Shown here: in pieces, positions 10,453 to 20,708 of the stretch
Numbering within the stretch: the first letter of the stretch is position 1
How the letters are laid out: every line of letters begins with the position of its first letter
Source of the DNA: Pararhodobacter sp.
GTDB lineage: Bacteria > Pseudomonadota > Alphaproteobacteria > Rhodobacterales > Rhodobacteraceae
Assembly: GCA_046295695.1 (NCBI GenBank)
Contig: JBKBMS010000001.1
Location: 208,712-272,711, forward strand
Direction of reading: 5' to 3'
Length of the DNA: 64,000 bases
Notes under the pieces: generated by a model
Databases searched by the model: none
Told to the model about the DNA's origin: nothing
The model's input: only the letters and a program-made list of their open reading frames with translations
Program-made: the position numbers and the translations under genes

Positions 10453-11337
10453 TCAGACCCATTTTGCCAGCGGCGGCAGGCTCATCAGCACCGCATTGGC
10501 ATCATGCCCGGTCTCCAGGCCGAATCTGGTGCCACGGTCATAGACCAGATTGTATTCGGCATAGAGCCCGCGATGCACCAGTTGCGCATCCCTGGCGGCC
10601 TCGTCCCAGTGCTGCATCCGGCGGCGTTCCACCAGGGGCGCGAAGGCCGGCAGGAACGCCTCGCCCACGGCACGGGTGAAGGCGAAATCGGCCTCCCAGT
10701 CGCCGGTATTGAGATCGTCATAGAAAATGCCGCCCACGCCGCGCGCGCGGCCACGATGGGGGATGAAGAAATACTCATCCGCCCAGGCCTTGAAGCGGGT
10801 GTAGTATTCGGGCGCATGGGCATCGCAGGCCGCCTGGAGGGTGGCGTGGAAATGTGCGGTATCCTCGGCATAGTCCAGGCAGGGGTTGAGATCGGCGCCG
10901 CCGCCGAACCACCAGGCGGCCGGGGTCCAGAACATGCGCGTGTTCATATGCACCGCCGGCACATGCGGGTTCTGCATATGCGCCACAAGACTGATGCCCG
11001 AGGCCCAGAAGCGCGGGTCATCGGCCATGCCCGGCACGCCGCGCGCCGCCATCGCCGCCTGCGCGCGTGCACCCAGCGTGCCATGAACCGTCGAGATATT
11101 GACCCCGACCTTTTCAAACACCCGCCCGGCGCGCATCACGCTCATCACCCCGCCGCCGCCGCGCCCCTCATCGCGCTCGGTCGGCGTCACCTCGAAGCGG
11201 CCCGCGGCACACTCGGCCAGCGGGCCTGTGGCATGGCTGTCCTCCAGCGCCTCGAAACCCGCGACGATCCGGTCGCGCAGCGCAGAAAACCAGGTGGCGG
11301 CGCGTTCCTTGCGCGCGGTGAAATCGGTATCCGTCAT
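10453..11337 (-). CDS. hemF: Oxygen-dependent coproporphyrinogen III oxidase
   Basis: FEKVGVNISTVHG, WFGGGADLNP, RGVGGIFYD, YAEYNLVYDRGTRFGL. Confidence 0.96.
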   Translation of the reverse strand: MTDTDFTARKERAATWFSALRDRIVAGFEALEDSHATGPLAECAAGRFEVTPTERDEGRGGGGVMSVMRAGRVFEKVGVNISTVHGTLGARAQAAMAARGVPGMADDPRFWASGISLVAHMQNPHVPAVHMNTRMFWTPAAWWFGGGADLNPCLDYAEDTAHFHATLQAACDAHAPEYYTRFKAWADEYFFIPHRGRARGVGGIFYDDLNTGDWEADFAFTRAVGEAFLPAFAPLVERRRMQHWDEAARDAQLVHRGLYAEYNLVYDRGTRFGLETGHDANAVLMSLPPLAKWV

Positions 11338-11413
11338 CTTGCTGTCCCCCGTGCGGGCCTGTGGAGCCGCCCAGATAGCAGAGCCGGGCGGGGCAGGGCC
11401 AGTGGGCGCGGCG

Positions 11414-12451
11414 TCACGCCGCCGGTGCCTGCCAGTCGATCCAGCGGCCGTGAAAATCCACCCGCCCCAGCGCCAGCCGCAGATCGCCGGGCCAGAGCCG
11501 CAGGGCAAGCGCCGCGCCGGGCTTGCTGGTGTCATCGGCTTCATAGGCGAGCCAGGCCAGCGGGGCGCGCTCATCGGCGTGCCGGCCCGCCGCCTCGATC
11601 AGCGCGGTGCCCTCGTGCCGTGCGGTGGCGGGGAAATACTGCCAGGCGATGGTGTGATAGATCAGCCGCAACCGGCCCGGCACCGGCGTCAGTTGCGCGC
11701 CCAGCCAGCCGATGGCATCGGCGCGCGCAGGCAGGGGCGGGCCGGCGGCGATAGCGGCGCGCGTCAGTGCCAGCCTTTCGGGTTGGTCGGGCCAGAGATA
11801 GGCCAGAAGCCGCTGGCATTGGGCCGGATCGCGCACATCGATCGGGTTGAGATCGACCCCGGCACGCGCCATGATCCGCGGTGCGGCGGGCGGGGGCAGG
11901 GGGCCGCGCCATTCGGGCGTCAGCGTCAGAGCCGGCGCTTGCGGGCCAAGGCGCATGCCGTCGATCCGCAACGCGTAGCGGTCCCACAGCAGGTTGAGCC
12001 CGGCGCTCGCGCCCAGTTCCAGCATGTCGATCGGCAGGGCGTAGCGAGCGGCCAGCCAATGCCCGGCGGCGATCAGCGCTGCCGAGCGGCGCACCTCGTT
12101 GGTTTGCGGCGCGCTGTCGATGAAGCGCCCGATGAAGGCCCCATCGTCGCGCAAGGCGGCGTGAACCGCCTGCCACAGGCGCGCGTCATCCGCCCCTTGC
12201 GGCGGATAGACGGCGCCCAACCCCTCATGGCCCTGCAAGCGCAGCGCATGCAGCGCGCCGGCCAGGCGCAGCGGAAGCGATTCGCCGCTGGGGCCGGGAT
12301 CGCCGGGCCAGTCGAAAAGCCGGCGCGTCAGGGGGCATTCGGGTTTCAGCCGCGCGGCAAGAATCCCGCAAAGCCGGGCCATGAAGGGCGACCCCAGTTC
12401 GGCGCAGGCGCGTTGCTGGCGCGCGAAGGCAAGGGCAAGCGGCGCCGTCAT
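11414..12451 (-). CDS. DUF2332-family protein
   Basis: PQTNEVRRS, LELGASAGLNL, GVDLNPID, YLWPDQPERL, FHGRWIDW. 4-bp overlap with pth. Confidence 0.88.
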   Translation of the reverse strand: MTAPLALAFARQQRACAELGSPFMARLCGILAARLKPECPLTRRLFDWPGDPGPSGESLPLRLAGALHALRLQGHEGLGAVYPPQGADDARLWQAVHAALRDDGAFIGRFIDSAPQTNEVRRSAALIAAGHWLAARYALPIDMLELGASAGLNLLWDRYALRIDGMRLGPQAPALTLTPEWRGPLPPPAAPRIMARAGVDLNPIDVRDPAQCQRLLAYLWPDQPERLALTRAAIAAGPPLPARADAIGWLGAQLTPVPGRLRLIYHTIAWQYFPATARHEGTALIEAAGRHADERAPLAWLAYEADDTSKPGAALALRLWPGDLRLALGRVDFHGRWIDWQAPAA

Positions 12452-13179
12452 CGAAAGCGATCCACCAGTCTTTGCAGCGCATTGCGCGTATCCGGCGCGG
12501 CGCTTTCGGCGGGCGTGGCCGCTGTCGGCGGGGTGGGTGCGCTCCGGGGTTGCGCGCTTTCGGCAGCCCGCCCGGCGGGTGCCTTTCCGCCCCGCGTGCC
12601 GGTATTGCGCGCGGGCGCCACGCGCGCCGCCACGGCGTTCTGGAACCGCGCGCCATCGCCATCAGCCAGATGCGGCGCCCCTTCGGCGATGCCGCGCAGC
12701 AGATCGTCCAGCCATTCGGCATCGGCGCGCGCGAAATCATGCAGCACATACTGCGCCACCAGATCCTTGCGGCCCGGATGACCGATCCCCAGACGCACCC
12801 GCGCGAATCCCTCGCCGATATGGCCGATGATCGAGCGCAACCCGTTGTGCCCAGCATGCCCGCCACCCTGCTTGAGCCGGCATTTGCCCGGCGCGAGGTC
12901 CAACTCGTCATGAAAGACCGTGACCTCGCCGGCGTCCAGCTTGTGATAGCGCATCGCCTCGCCAACCGCCTGACCGGAAAGGTTCATGAAGGTCTGCGGC
13001 TTGAGCAGCAGAAGCTTCTCGCGGCCCAGCCGGCCCTCGGCAATCTGGGCCTGAAAGCGGCTTTTCCACGGGCTGAAGCCATGCTCTGTGGCGACCCGGT
13101 CAAGCGCCATGAAGCCGATGTTATGGCGGTTTTGCGCATATTTCGTGCCGGGGTTGCCCAACCCCACCCAGAGTTTCAT
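12448..13179 (-). CDS. pth: Peptidyl-tRNA hydrolase with Ala/Pro-rich C-terminal tail
   Basis: MKLWVGLGNPG..YAQNRHNIGF, KPQTFMNLSG, HDELDL, GGHAGHNGLRS. Confidence 0.97.
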   Translation of the reverse strand: MKLWVGLGNPGTKYAQNRHNIGFMALDRVATEHGFSPWKSRFQAQIAEGRLGREKLLLLKPQTFMNLSGQAVGEAMRYHKLDAGEVTVFHDELDLAPGKCRLKQGGGHAGHNGLRSIIGHIGEGFARVRLGIGHPGRKDLVAQYVLHDFARADAEWLDDLLRGIAEGAPHLADGDGARFQNAVAARVAPARNTGTRGGKAPAGRAAESAQPRSAPTPPTAATPAESAAPDTRNALQRLVDRFR

Positions 13180-13260
13180 GCCATGCTCCACACCGCTTTG
13201 GCGCTTCATACACCGCCCGCCCGCTCAAGGGCAAACCCTGTTGCGCGCCCTGCGCCGTGC

Positions 13261-13851
13261 TCAGGCCGCCTGCCGCCCCAGCGCGCGCGCCTGCGCAAGC
13301 CAGCCCTGCCGCTTGCCGGCATCGCTGTGCTCGACAGGCGAGAAATGGGAAAAGCGCACCGGCTTGATGCCGACGAAACCGAGGATCTGCCGTTCGATCT
13401 GCTTGCGCATGGCGGCGCTGTAGACCCAGTTGAACGCGATCCCCGGCGTGTCCGAGGTCAGAAAGACCCGCGCCGTCTTGCCGGTCAGCAAGGGCTTGGG
13501 CAGACCGAAAATGCGCGGCTGGCGCGGATCGAAGGCGCGTCCGGGCAGGAAGGTGCGGTCGAAAAGCCCCTTGGCCTTCGCCGGCAATCCGCCCCACCAC
13601 ATCGGCGTGCTCAGAACCAGATGCTCGGCCCAGGCGAGATCGGCCATGAACGCCTCCAGATCGGGCTCCAGCGGCTTGGCACCGGCATAGCCTGCCTGGC
13701 CGAAATCGGCATCGAACTGCAGGGCATGCAGCGCCTTGAGGCGCAGTTCATGGCCCTGGGCGGCGGCGGCTTCGGCATAGGTTTCTATCAATGCCGCGTT
13801 GAACGAGACGGGCGCAGGGTGCAAGGTGAGGGCAAGGATTCGTCTGGGCAT
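13261..13851 (-). CDS. NAD(P)H-dependent oxidoreductase, flavodoxin-2 (KefF/MdaB/NQO-like)
   Basis: HP...SFNAAL, AEHLVLSTPMWWGGLPAKAKGLFDRTFLPG. Confidence 0.88.
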   Translation of the reverse strand: MPRRILALTLHPAPVSFNAALIETYAEAAAAQGHELRLKALHALQFDADFGQAGYAGAKPLEPDLEAFMADLAWAEHLVLSTPMWWGGLPAKAKGLFDRTFLPGRAFDPRQPRIFGLPKPLLTGKTARVFLTSDTPGIAFNWVYSAAMRKQIERQILGFVGIKPVRFSHFSPVEHSDAGKRQGWLAQARALGRQAA

Positions 13852-13868
13852 GAAGGACTCACATAATT

Positions 13869-13902
13869 TGACCGTGGTCAGTATTTAATTGACCATGGTC
13901 AA
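13869..13902. promoter_or_regulatory. Two palindromic operators between the divergent oxidoreductase and TetR genes
   Basis: TGACCGTGGTCA (13869-13880) and perfect TTGACCATGGTCAA (13889-13902) in an AT-rich spacer. Confidence 0.8.
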
Positions 13903-13919
13903 AATGCAAGAGGTTTGTC

Positions 13920-14543
13920 GTGGAGATATCGAACCGGGCCGGAACCCAGGGCAGGGCGCGGGTCAAGGCGCAGCAGGCGCGCAGCCGCGAGACCCGCGCC
14001 AGGCTCATCGAGGCCGCGCATGAAATCGCCGAGGCAGGCGGCCTGGGTGCCTTGCGCGCCGAGACCGTGGTGGCGCGCGCGGGCGTCTCCAAGGGCACGT
14101 TCTTCGCGCATTTCCCCGACAAGGATCATCTTCTGGCCGAACTGCTGCGTGAGCGGCTGGTCTATCGCCCTGGCGCCGGTGATCTTGCCGCGCTGCTGGA
14201 GCGGCTGCACCCGCTGCTGCACGCCACGGCCGCCGAGCCTGAGGCCCTGCCGGTGGTGGTGCGCTTTTCGGGCGAGACATGCACCGGGCCGGGCCTGGGC
14301 AATGCCATTGTCACCATGGTTGCGCATATCTCCGCCGATATTGCCGTCTTGCAGGGTCAGGGGCATGTGCGCGCCGGCCCGGAGCCTGCGATCCTGGGGG
14401 AAGCGACCATGGCGCTCGTCTTTCATGCCGCCGGAACCACGCTCTGCGCCGTCGATGCCCCCGGCGCGCGCGAGCAGAACGCCATCATGCTCGATGCCGA
14501 GCAGTTGCTGGCAGCAATGGTCAACGCGCTGCTGGCCCCCTAG
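13920..14543 (+). CDS. TetR/AcrR-family regulator
   Basis: TRARLIEAA...VVARAGVSKGTFFAHFPDKDHLL HTH. Confidence 0.92.
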   Translation: MEISNRAGTQGRARVKAQQARSRETRARLIEAAHEIAEAGGLGALRAETVVARAGVSKGTFFAHFPDKDHLLAELLRERLVYRPGAGDLAALLERLHPLLHATAAEPEALPVVVRFSGETCTGPGLGNAIVTMVAHISADIAVLQGQGHVRAGPEPAILGEATMALVFHAAGTTLCAVDAPGAREQNAIMLDAEQLLAAMVNALLAP

Positions 14544-14577
14544 GCCGAGCGCCGAACGCACCCTGAAGCGCCACAAA

Positions 14578-14608
14578 GCAAAACCCCGCCCGGAAGGGCG
14601 GGGTTTGC
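14578..14608. terminator. Bidirectional intrinsic terminator (tetR / rplY)
   Basis: AAAACCCCGCCC-GGAA-GGGCGGGGTTT. Confidence 0.85.
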
Positions 14609-14658
14609 ACGGCATTTCCAGACCGGGCCGCGAGGGGGCGCGACACCGGCCGGCTGCC

Positions 14659-15282
14659 TCAGTCTTCGGTCTCGGTCTCGGCCTCGTCCTCATCGGCATC
14701 GGCCGAACGCAGACCCGAGGGTGCCGCCAGATTGGCGATCACGAAGTTGCGCGCCACGGTCGGCTTGGCACCGGCAGGCAGGTCGATGTCGCTGATATGG
14801 ATCACATCGCCGATCTGACGGCCGGTCAGGTCCACGGTGATCTTTTCGGGGATGTCGCCGGCGATAACGCTCAGCTCGACCTCGGGGCGCACCACCGTCA
14901 GCGTGCCGCCACGCTTCAGACCGGGGGCGGCGGCATGGTTGATGAACTCGACATTGATGAACAGGTTGATGCGCGAGGTGCGGCGCAGGCGCATCAGGTC
15001 CACATGCGTCGGCAGGTCCTTGACCACGTCGCGCTGCACGCCGCGGCAGATCACGCGCACATCGTCCTGCCCCTCGACCTTGAGGTTGAACAGCGTCGAC
15101 AGAAAGCGCCCTGCCTTGAGCTGCTTGAGCAGGTAGTTGTATTCAAAATTGATCGACAGCGGATCAGCACCGCCACCATAAACAACACCGGGTACCTTGC
15201 CCTCGCGACGGGCTTGACGGGCGGCCCCCTTGCCTGACCCCGTCCGTACCTCGGCGATCAGATCAGGGATCTCACCAGCCAT
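14659..15282 (-). CDS. rplY: 50S ribosomal protein L25/Ctc (long form)
   Basis: [49 protein letters not shown] before ATG at 15282. Confidence 0.96.
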   Translation of the reverse strand: MAGEIPDLIAEVRTGSGKGAARQARREGKVPGVVYGGGADPLSINFEYNYLLKQLKAGRFLSTLFNLKVEGQDDVRVICRGVQRDVVKDLPTHVDLMRLRRTSRINLFINVEFINHAAAPGLKRGGTLTVVRPEVELSVIAGDIPEKITVDLTGRQIGDVIHISDIDLPAGAKPTVARNFVIANLAAPSGLRSADADEDEAETETED

Positions 15283-15493
15283 ATCGGATACTCCATTTGA
15301 TAGCTTCAGACGCGCCCCTCCAAGGGTGGATGCACGCAGAGCGCGGCCATAGCCCAGATCGTCCGGGTTGAAAAGGGCAATTCCGCCCGAAATGCCCTGC
15401 CGCGCGCGCCGCAATTCGTCACCGGGGCCGATGGCGGCGCTTGCCGTACGCGTGACGCCATGATTGATTGCCCACACAATAGCCAGGCAAATC

Positions 15494-16645
15494 ATGCTCA
15501 TTCACCGCGAAACCTTTGCCGCCTCGCGCGGGCCGATGGCGGCGTTCATCGCCATGGGCATCACCTGGGGCGCCTTCATGGCCTCGATGCCCGACATCAA
15601 GGCCGGGCTGGGGGTGGGCGATGGCACGCTGGGGCTGCTGTTGCTGGCCGGGCCGGTGGCGGCGATCACCATGATGCTGCTGGCACCGCGCCTTGGCGGC
15701 GTGCTGGGCACCGCGGCGGTGCCGCTGGGCACGGCGGCGATGGGACTGGCGGTGATGCTGCCGGCGCAGGCGGCAAGTCCGCTGTGGTTTGCAGGCGCGA
15801 TGATGATGATGGGCGGCTCGACCGGCGCGCTTGACGTGCTGATGAACGCACGGCTGAGCACCATTGAAGCCGCGCGCGCGATGAAGTTGATGAACCTCAA
15901 TCATGCGCTCTATTCCTTCGCCTATGGCGCGGCGGCGGCGCTGACCGGCTGGGCGCGCGCCACGGGCATCGGCCCGGCGACGATCCTGCTGCTGACCGGC
16001 GCGCTGGTGCTGGTTCTGGCACTGGCCAGCATGGAGCGGGACGGGCGCATCGACGGTTTCGGGCGCGGCAATGCGAAGGGTCCTGCGCCGCGGCTGGGGC
16101 TGGTGCCCTGGCTGGCCGGGACCCTGATTCTGGTGGCTTTCCTGACCGAGAACGCCGCCGAGGCCTGGTCGGCGCTTTATATCGAGCGCGATCTGGGCGC
16201 GGGCACCGGCGCGGGTTCGCTGGGGCCGGCATTGCTGGGGCTGTCGATGGGGCTGGGGCGGCTGGCCGGGCAAATGGTGGCAATGCGGGTCTCCGATCAG
16301 GCATTGTTGCGCGGCGGCGTGGTGGTGGCGCTTGCCGGCTGCGCGCTGGTGGTGGCAGCCGGCAGCCCGCTGGCGGCCTATCTGGGCTTTGTGGTGCTGG
16401 GGTTGGGGGCCTCGGTGATGGTGCCGACGGCGCTGGCGGTGGTGGGTCGGCTGGCCGATCCGGCGCGGCGCAGCCATGCCATCGCACGGGCTACGGTTCT
16501 GGGATACATGGGTTTCTTTCTTGGCCCGCCGGCGTTGGGGCTGGCGGCGGAACTGGTGGGGCTGCGGCTGGCCTATGGGTTGGTGGGGCTGGCGCTGCTA
16601 GGTGCGGGGCTGGTGCAGATCATGCTGGCGCGCCATGACCGCTGA
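15494..16645 (+). CDS. MFS transporter
   Basis: About 12 hydrophobic segments. [13 protein letters not shown] and [14 protein letters not shown] motifs. Confidence 0.88.
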   Translation: MLIHRETFAASRGPMAAFIAMGITWGAFMASMPDIKAGLGVGDGTLGLLLLAGPVAAITMMLLAPRLGGVLGTAAVPLGTAAMGLAVMLPAQAASPLWFAGAMMMMGGSTGALDVLMNARLSTIEAARAMKLMNLNHALYSFAYGAAAALTGWARATGIGPATILLLTGALVLVLALASMERDGRIDGFGRGNAKGPAPRLGLVPWLAGTLILVAFLTENAAEAWSALYIERDLGAGTGAGSLGPALLGLSMGLGRLAGQMVAMRVSDQALLRGGVVVALAGCALVVAAGSPLAAYLGFVVLGLGASVMVPTALAVVGRLADPARRSHAIARATVLGYMGFFLGPPALGLAAELVGLRLAYGLVGLALLGAGLVQIMLARHDR

Positions 16646-16750
16646 AGCACGAAACCCGCCAGGGCTGGCAGATTGCGCTTTCTTCCCGGCGCCGGCCGCA
16701 GTAAAGGCAGCGCAGAGTTTCAGCCAGATCAGATCAGGCAGGAGGCGCGC

Positions 16751-17419
16751 ATGAAAGCGGCTGTCATCACCTTTCCCGGCTCCAACTGCGACCGCGATCT
16801 TGCCGTCGCCTTCGAGGCCGCGGGCGCAACGGTGACGCGGGTCTGGCACAAGGATGCTGACCTGCCCGCCGATACCGATGTGGTGGGCCTGCCTGGGGGC
16901 TTTTCCTTTGGCGATTATCTGCGCTGCGGGGCGATCGCGGCGCGCTCGCCCATCGCCCGTGCGGTGGTTGCCTTCGCCGAGCGCGGCGGCCATGTGCTGG
17001 GCATCTGCAACGGCTTTCAGGTGCTGGTGGAAACCGGCCTGCTGCCCGGCGCGCTGATGCGCAATGCGGGGCTGAAGTTTGTCTGCAAGCCGGTGGCGCT
17101 GCGGGTCGAAACCACCGACAGCGCCTTTACCGCGCATTATGCACCGGGCAGTGCGATCACCATTCCCGTTGCCCATCATGACGGCAACTACCAGGCCGAT
17201 GACGAGACCCTGGCGCGGCTGCGCGGTGAAGACCGTGTGGCCTTTCGCTACCTCGACAATCCCAATGGCGCGCGCGACGATATCGCTGGCATCCTCTCGG
17301 CCAACCGGCGCGTTCTGGGCATGATGCCGCATCCTGAACGCGCCATCACCCCGCTGCATGGCGGCACCGATGGCAAGGCGCTTTTTGCCGGGGTTCTCGG
17401 CGCGCTTGCGCTTACGTGA
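16751..17419 (+). CDS. purQ: Phosphoribosylformylglycinamidine synthase glutaminase subunit
   Basis: [54 protein letters not shown]. Confidence 0.97.
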   Translation: MKAAVITFPGSNCDRDLAVAFEAAGATVTRVWHKDADLPADTDVVGLPGGFSFGDYLRCGAIAARSPIARAVVAFAERGGHVLGICNGFQVLVETGLLPGALMRNAGLKFVCKPVALRVETTDSAFTAHYAPGSAITIPVAHHDGNYQADDETLARLRGEDRVAFRYLDNPNGARDDIAGILSANRRVLGMMPHPERAITPLHGGTDGKALFAGVLGALALT

Positions 17420-17476
17420 CCGCGCGGGCGGCCAGCACCGCTTGAGCCGGGCCCGGCGCGGGCGTAGATTGGGGCC

Positions 17477-19324
17477 ATGAGCAACGACGCCGCCCCAACC
17501 ACGCCTGCCGTCCGGCAGGGGCCCGCCAGCCCCGCTGTGCGCCCCCTCGGGCCTGCCTTGCGCGGCCGGGCGGGCCACGACGAACGCGAGGCCGGGCGCA
17601 GCGTCGGCATGCCGCTTTGGGGCAAGTTTCTCGTCGGACTGCTGATCATGCTGGCCGCGGCCTCGGTCTGGGTGCTCGACGAGTGGCTGACCGAGAATTT
17701 CATCGTCGATACCCGCAACCGCGCCGAACTGCGCCTGGTGCTCTATTCGGGCAATATCGAGAGCGAGTTGCAGCGCACGCAGGTGGTGCCGATCCTGCTG
17801 GCGCGCGACCCGGCGCTGCGCGAGGCGCTGCAAAGCTCCAATTACGTGTCGATCTCGCAGGTGCTGATGGAACTGCAAAACGAGGTTGGCGCCGCGTCGA
17901 TAGAGTTGCTCGACACGCAGGGGCGGGTGGTCGCCGCGACCGATCGCAACCGGCTGGGCGTCAACCGCGCCAGCGAGCCCTATTTCGTTGATGCACGGCG
18001 CATCAACGATACCATCTTTGCCGTGCATGAGCGCGACAGCGGTGGCTTCGGCTTCGGATTTGCCCGCGCTTTGCGGGCTGGCGGGCAGCTTCTGGGCGTC
18101 GTCACCGTCGAGGTCGATCTGGCGAAGTTCGAGCGCAGCTGGTCCGGCTTTGCCGATGCCGTCGCGCTGACCGACAGTGAGGGGCGCATCATTCTGGCCA
18201 CCGAACCGCGCTGGCGGGGACGCACCGAGGACGAGGCGCTGGCGCTGCGCGATGCGCCCTCGGCGATCGCCCGCGCGCTGCGCGCCACCGCCGATTGGGC
18301 CGGGCGCGGGCCGGATACATTTGTCAGCAATGTCGGCGTGTTGCGCTCGGAAACGCGGGTGCGCCATCGGGGCTGGAAGCTGATTTCCTATACCCGCTAC
18401 GACGGCGTGCGCGAAAAGGTCAATGGCGTGCTGGCCATTGTCATCATGGGCTTCGCGCTGCTGCTGGCACTGGTGTTTTACTTCTTTTCGCGGCGCGCCT
18501 GGTCGCAAAGTGCGCGTTTTGAGCGCGAGTCGGTCGAACTGCGCAAGCTCAACCAGCGCCTCCAGCGCGAGATCGCCGCTCGGGAGAAGGCCCAGAAAGA
18601 CCTCAATGTCGCCGAGCAAACGCTTGAGCAATCGTCCAAACTTGCCGTTCTGGGTGAAATGTCCGCCGCCGTCAGCCATGAGTTGAACCAACCCCTGGCC
18701 GCGATGAAGACCTATCTGGCGGGCGCGCGGCTCTTGCTGAACCGGCGCCGCGCCGAGGAGGCGCTGGTCTCCTTTCAGCGCATCGACGATCTGATCGATC
18801 GCATGGGCGCCATCACCCGGCAGCTCAAATCCTATGCCCGCAAGGGCGGCGACGCCTTTGCCCCGGTCGATCTGCGCGACTGCATCGCCGAGGCGCTGTC
18901 GATCATGGAGCCACGCCTGCGCGAACGCCGCGTGCTGGTGGTGCGCACCCTGCCCAGCCATCCGGTGATGGTGATGGGCGATCGGCTGCGGCTGGAGCAG
19001 GTGCTGATCAACCTGATGCGCAACGCCGTCGATGCCACCCGCCAGGCCAATGCCCCGCAGATCGACCTGATCCTGGCGCAGGGGGCCACCGCAACGCTGA
19101 CGATCCGCGACAATGGGTGCGGGATCGACGATATCGAGCAGGTTTTCGAGCCTTTCTACACCTCCAAGAAGCCTGGCGAAGGGGTTGGGCTGGGATTGGC
19201 GATCTCGTCGGGGATCGTGGCCGATCATGGCGGGCGGCTGACCGCGCGCAACCTGCCCGATGGCGGCGCGGCGCTGGAGATGTCCTTGCCGGTGCTTGCC
19301 GGCGCGCCGCAGCCGGTTGCCTGA
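17477..19324 (+). CDS. DctB-like sensor histidine kinase
   Basis: TM-Cache-TM layout, H-box SHELNQPL, N-box LINLMRNA, DNGCG and G2 GVGLGLAIS. Confidence 0.92.
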   Translation: MSNDAAPTTPAVRQGPASPAVRPLGPALRGRAGHDEREAGRSVGMPLWGKFLVGLLIMLAAASVWVLDEWLTENFIVDTRNRAELRLVLYSGNIESELQRTQVVPILLARDPALREALQSSNYVSISQVLMELQNEVGAASIELLDTQGRVVAATDRNRLGVNRASEPYFVDARRINDTIFAVHERDSGGFGFGFARALRAGGQLLGVVTVEVDLAKFERSWSGFADAVALTDSEGRIILATEPRWRGRTEDEALALRDAPSAIARALRATADWAGRGPDTFVSNVGVLRSETRVRHRGWKLISYTRYDGVREKVNGVLAIVIMGFALLLALVFYFFSRRAWSQSARFERESVELRKLNQRLQREIAAREKAQKDLNVAEQTLEQSSKLAVLGEMSAAVSHELNQPLAAMKTYLAGARLLLNRRRAEEALVSFQRIDDLIDRMGAITRQLKSYARKGGDAFAPVDLRDCIAEALSIMEPRLRERRVLVVRTLPSHPVMVMGDRLRLEQVLINLMRNAVDATRQANAPQIDLILAQGATATLTIRDNGCGIDDIEQVFEPFYTSKKPGEGVGLGLAISSGIVADHGGRLTARNLPDGGAALEMSLPVLAGAPQPVA

Positions 19325-19361
19325 CAAATATGAAGAAGATCAATCAAGTCAAGAGGTTCGG

Positions 19362-20708
19362 ATGAACGACGCCGAGACCAACCGCACCGCCGCCCGGATC
19401 GTCGTCATCGACGATGAACAGGACATGCGCCAGTCTGTCAGCCAGTGGCTGTCGCTCTCGGGGTTCCAGCCTGAAACCTTCGCCAGCGCCGAGGAGGCCC
19501 TGCGCGTGCTTGGCCCGGATTTTCCCGGCGCGGTGATCAGCGACATTCGCATGCCCGGCATGGACGGCATGGCGCTGCTCAAGCGGCTGATGGGCATGGA
19601 CGCCAGCCTGCCGGTGATCCTGATCACCGGGCATGGGGATGTGCCCATGGCGGTCGAGGCGATGCGCCTGGGGGCGTTCGATTTTCTGGAAAAGCCCTTT
19701 GACCCCGAAAAGATGACCACGCTGGCGCGCAAGGCCGTCAAGGCCCGCGCCCTGGCGCTTGAAAGCCGCGCGCTGCGCCACGAACTGGCCGATGGCAAGA
19801 CGCTGATGCGCCGGCTGGTGGGCAACGCGCCCGAGATGGTGCGCCTGCGCGAGGACATCCTCGATCTGGGCCAGGCCGACGGGCATGTGCTGATCGACGG
19901 CGAAACCGGCACCGGCAAGACGCTGGTGGCGCATGCGCTCCATGCTGTGGGCCCGCGCGCCGGCAAGCGCTTTGTGACGGTATCGTGCATCAGCGAGGAT
20001 GACGACAGCCTCGCCGCGCGGCTCTTCGGCCCGGTCGATTCCGGCGGCTTGCCGCTGATCGACGAAGCGCGCGGCGGCACGCTCTGCCTTGAGGATATCG
20101 AGGCGCTGAGCCCGGCGCTGCAGGGGCGCCTGGTGAGCGTCATCAACAATCAGGGCGCACCCGCACCCACCCGGATTGTGGCGATCTGCAACCAGCACGC
20201 GCTGGGGCGCACACTGGAGGACGTGCTGCGCCCCGATCTTTACTTCCGGCTGGCGGCAATGAAGGTCACGCTGCCGCCGCTGCGGATGCGCGGCGATGAC
20301 ATTCTTGCGCTTTTCAAGTCCTATGCCGATGATTTTGCAGATGAATACGGATGCCCCCCGCCTGAGCTCTCGGCCCAGGACGCAGCGCATCTGTTGCAGG
20401 CACCCTGGCCGGGCAATGTGCGCCAGCTGATCGCCATTGCCGAACAGGCGGTGTTGCAGAACCGGCGCGGCACCGGCTCGGTGGTGTCGCTGGTCATGGC
20501 CGACAACGAGAATGCCGGCGGCGCGCTGACCACCGAGGGCAAACCGCTGAAGGAATATGTCGAGGCTTTCGAGCGCACGCTGATCGACAATACCATGCGC
20601 CGCCACAAGGGTTCGATCGTCGCGGTGATGGAGGAGCTTTGCCTGCCGCGCCGCACCCTGAACGAGAAGATGGCCAAATACGGGCTGAGCCGCGCCGATT
20701 ACGTGTAG
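19362..20708 (+). CDS. DctD-like response regulator (REC, degenerate AAA+, Fis HTH)
   Basis: SDIRMPGMDG, LITGHGDVPMAV, Walker A GETGTGKT, PWPGNVRQL, Fis HTH LPRRTLNEKM. Confidence 0.92.
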   Translation: MNDAETNRTAARIVVIDDEQDMRQSVSQWLSLSGFQPETFASAEEALRVLGPDFPGAVISDIRMPGMDGMALLKRLMGMDASLPVILITGHGDVPMAVEAMRLGAFDFLEKPFDPEKMTTLARKAVKARALALESRALRHELADGKTLMRRLVGNAPEMVRLREDILDLGQADGHVLIDGETGTGKTLVAHALHAVGPRAGKRFVTVSCISEDDDSLAARLFGPVDSGGLPLIDEARGGTLCLEDIEALSPALQGRLVSVINNQGAPAPTRIVAICNQHALGRTLEDVLRPDLYFRLAAMKVTLPPLRMRGDDILALFKSYADDFADEYGCPPPELSAQDAAHLLQAPWPGNVRQLIAIAEQAVLQNRRGTGSVVSLVMADNENAGGALTTEGKPLKEYVEAFERTLIDNTMRRHKGSIVAVMEELCLPRRTLNEKMAKYGLSRADYV

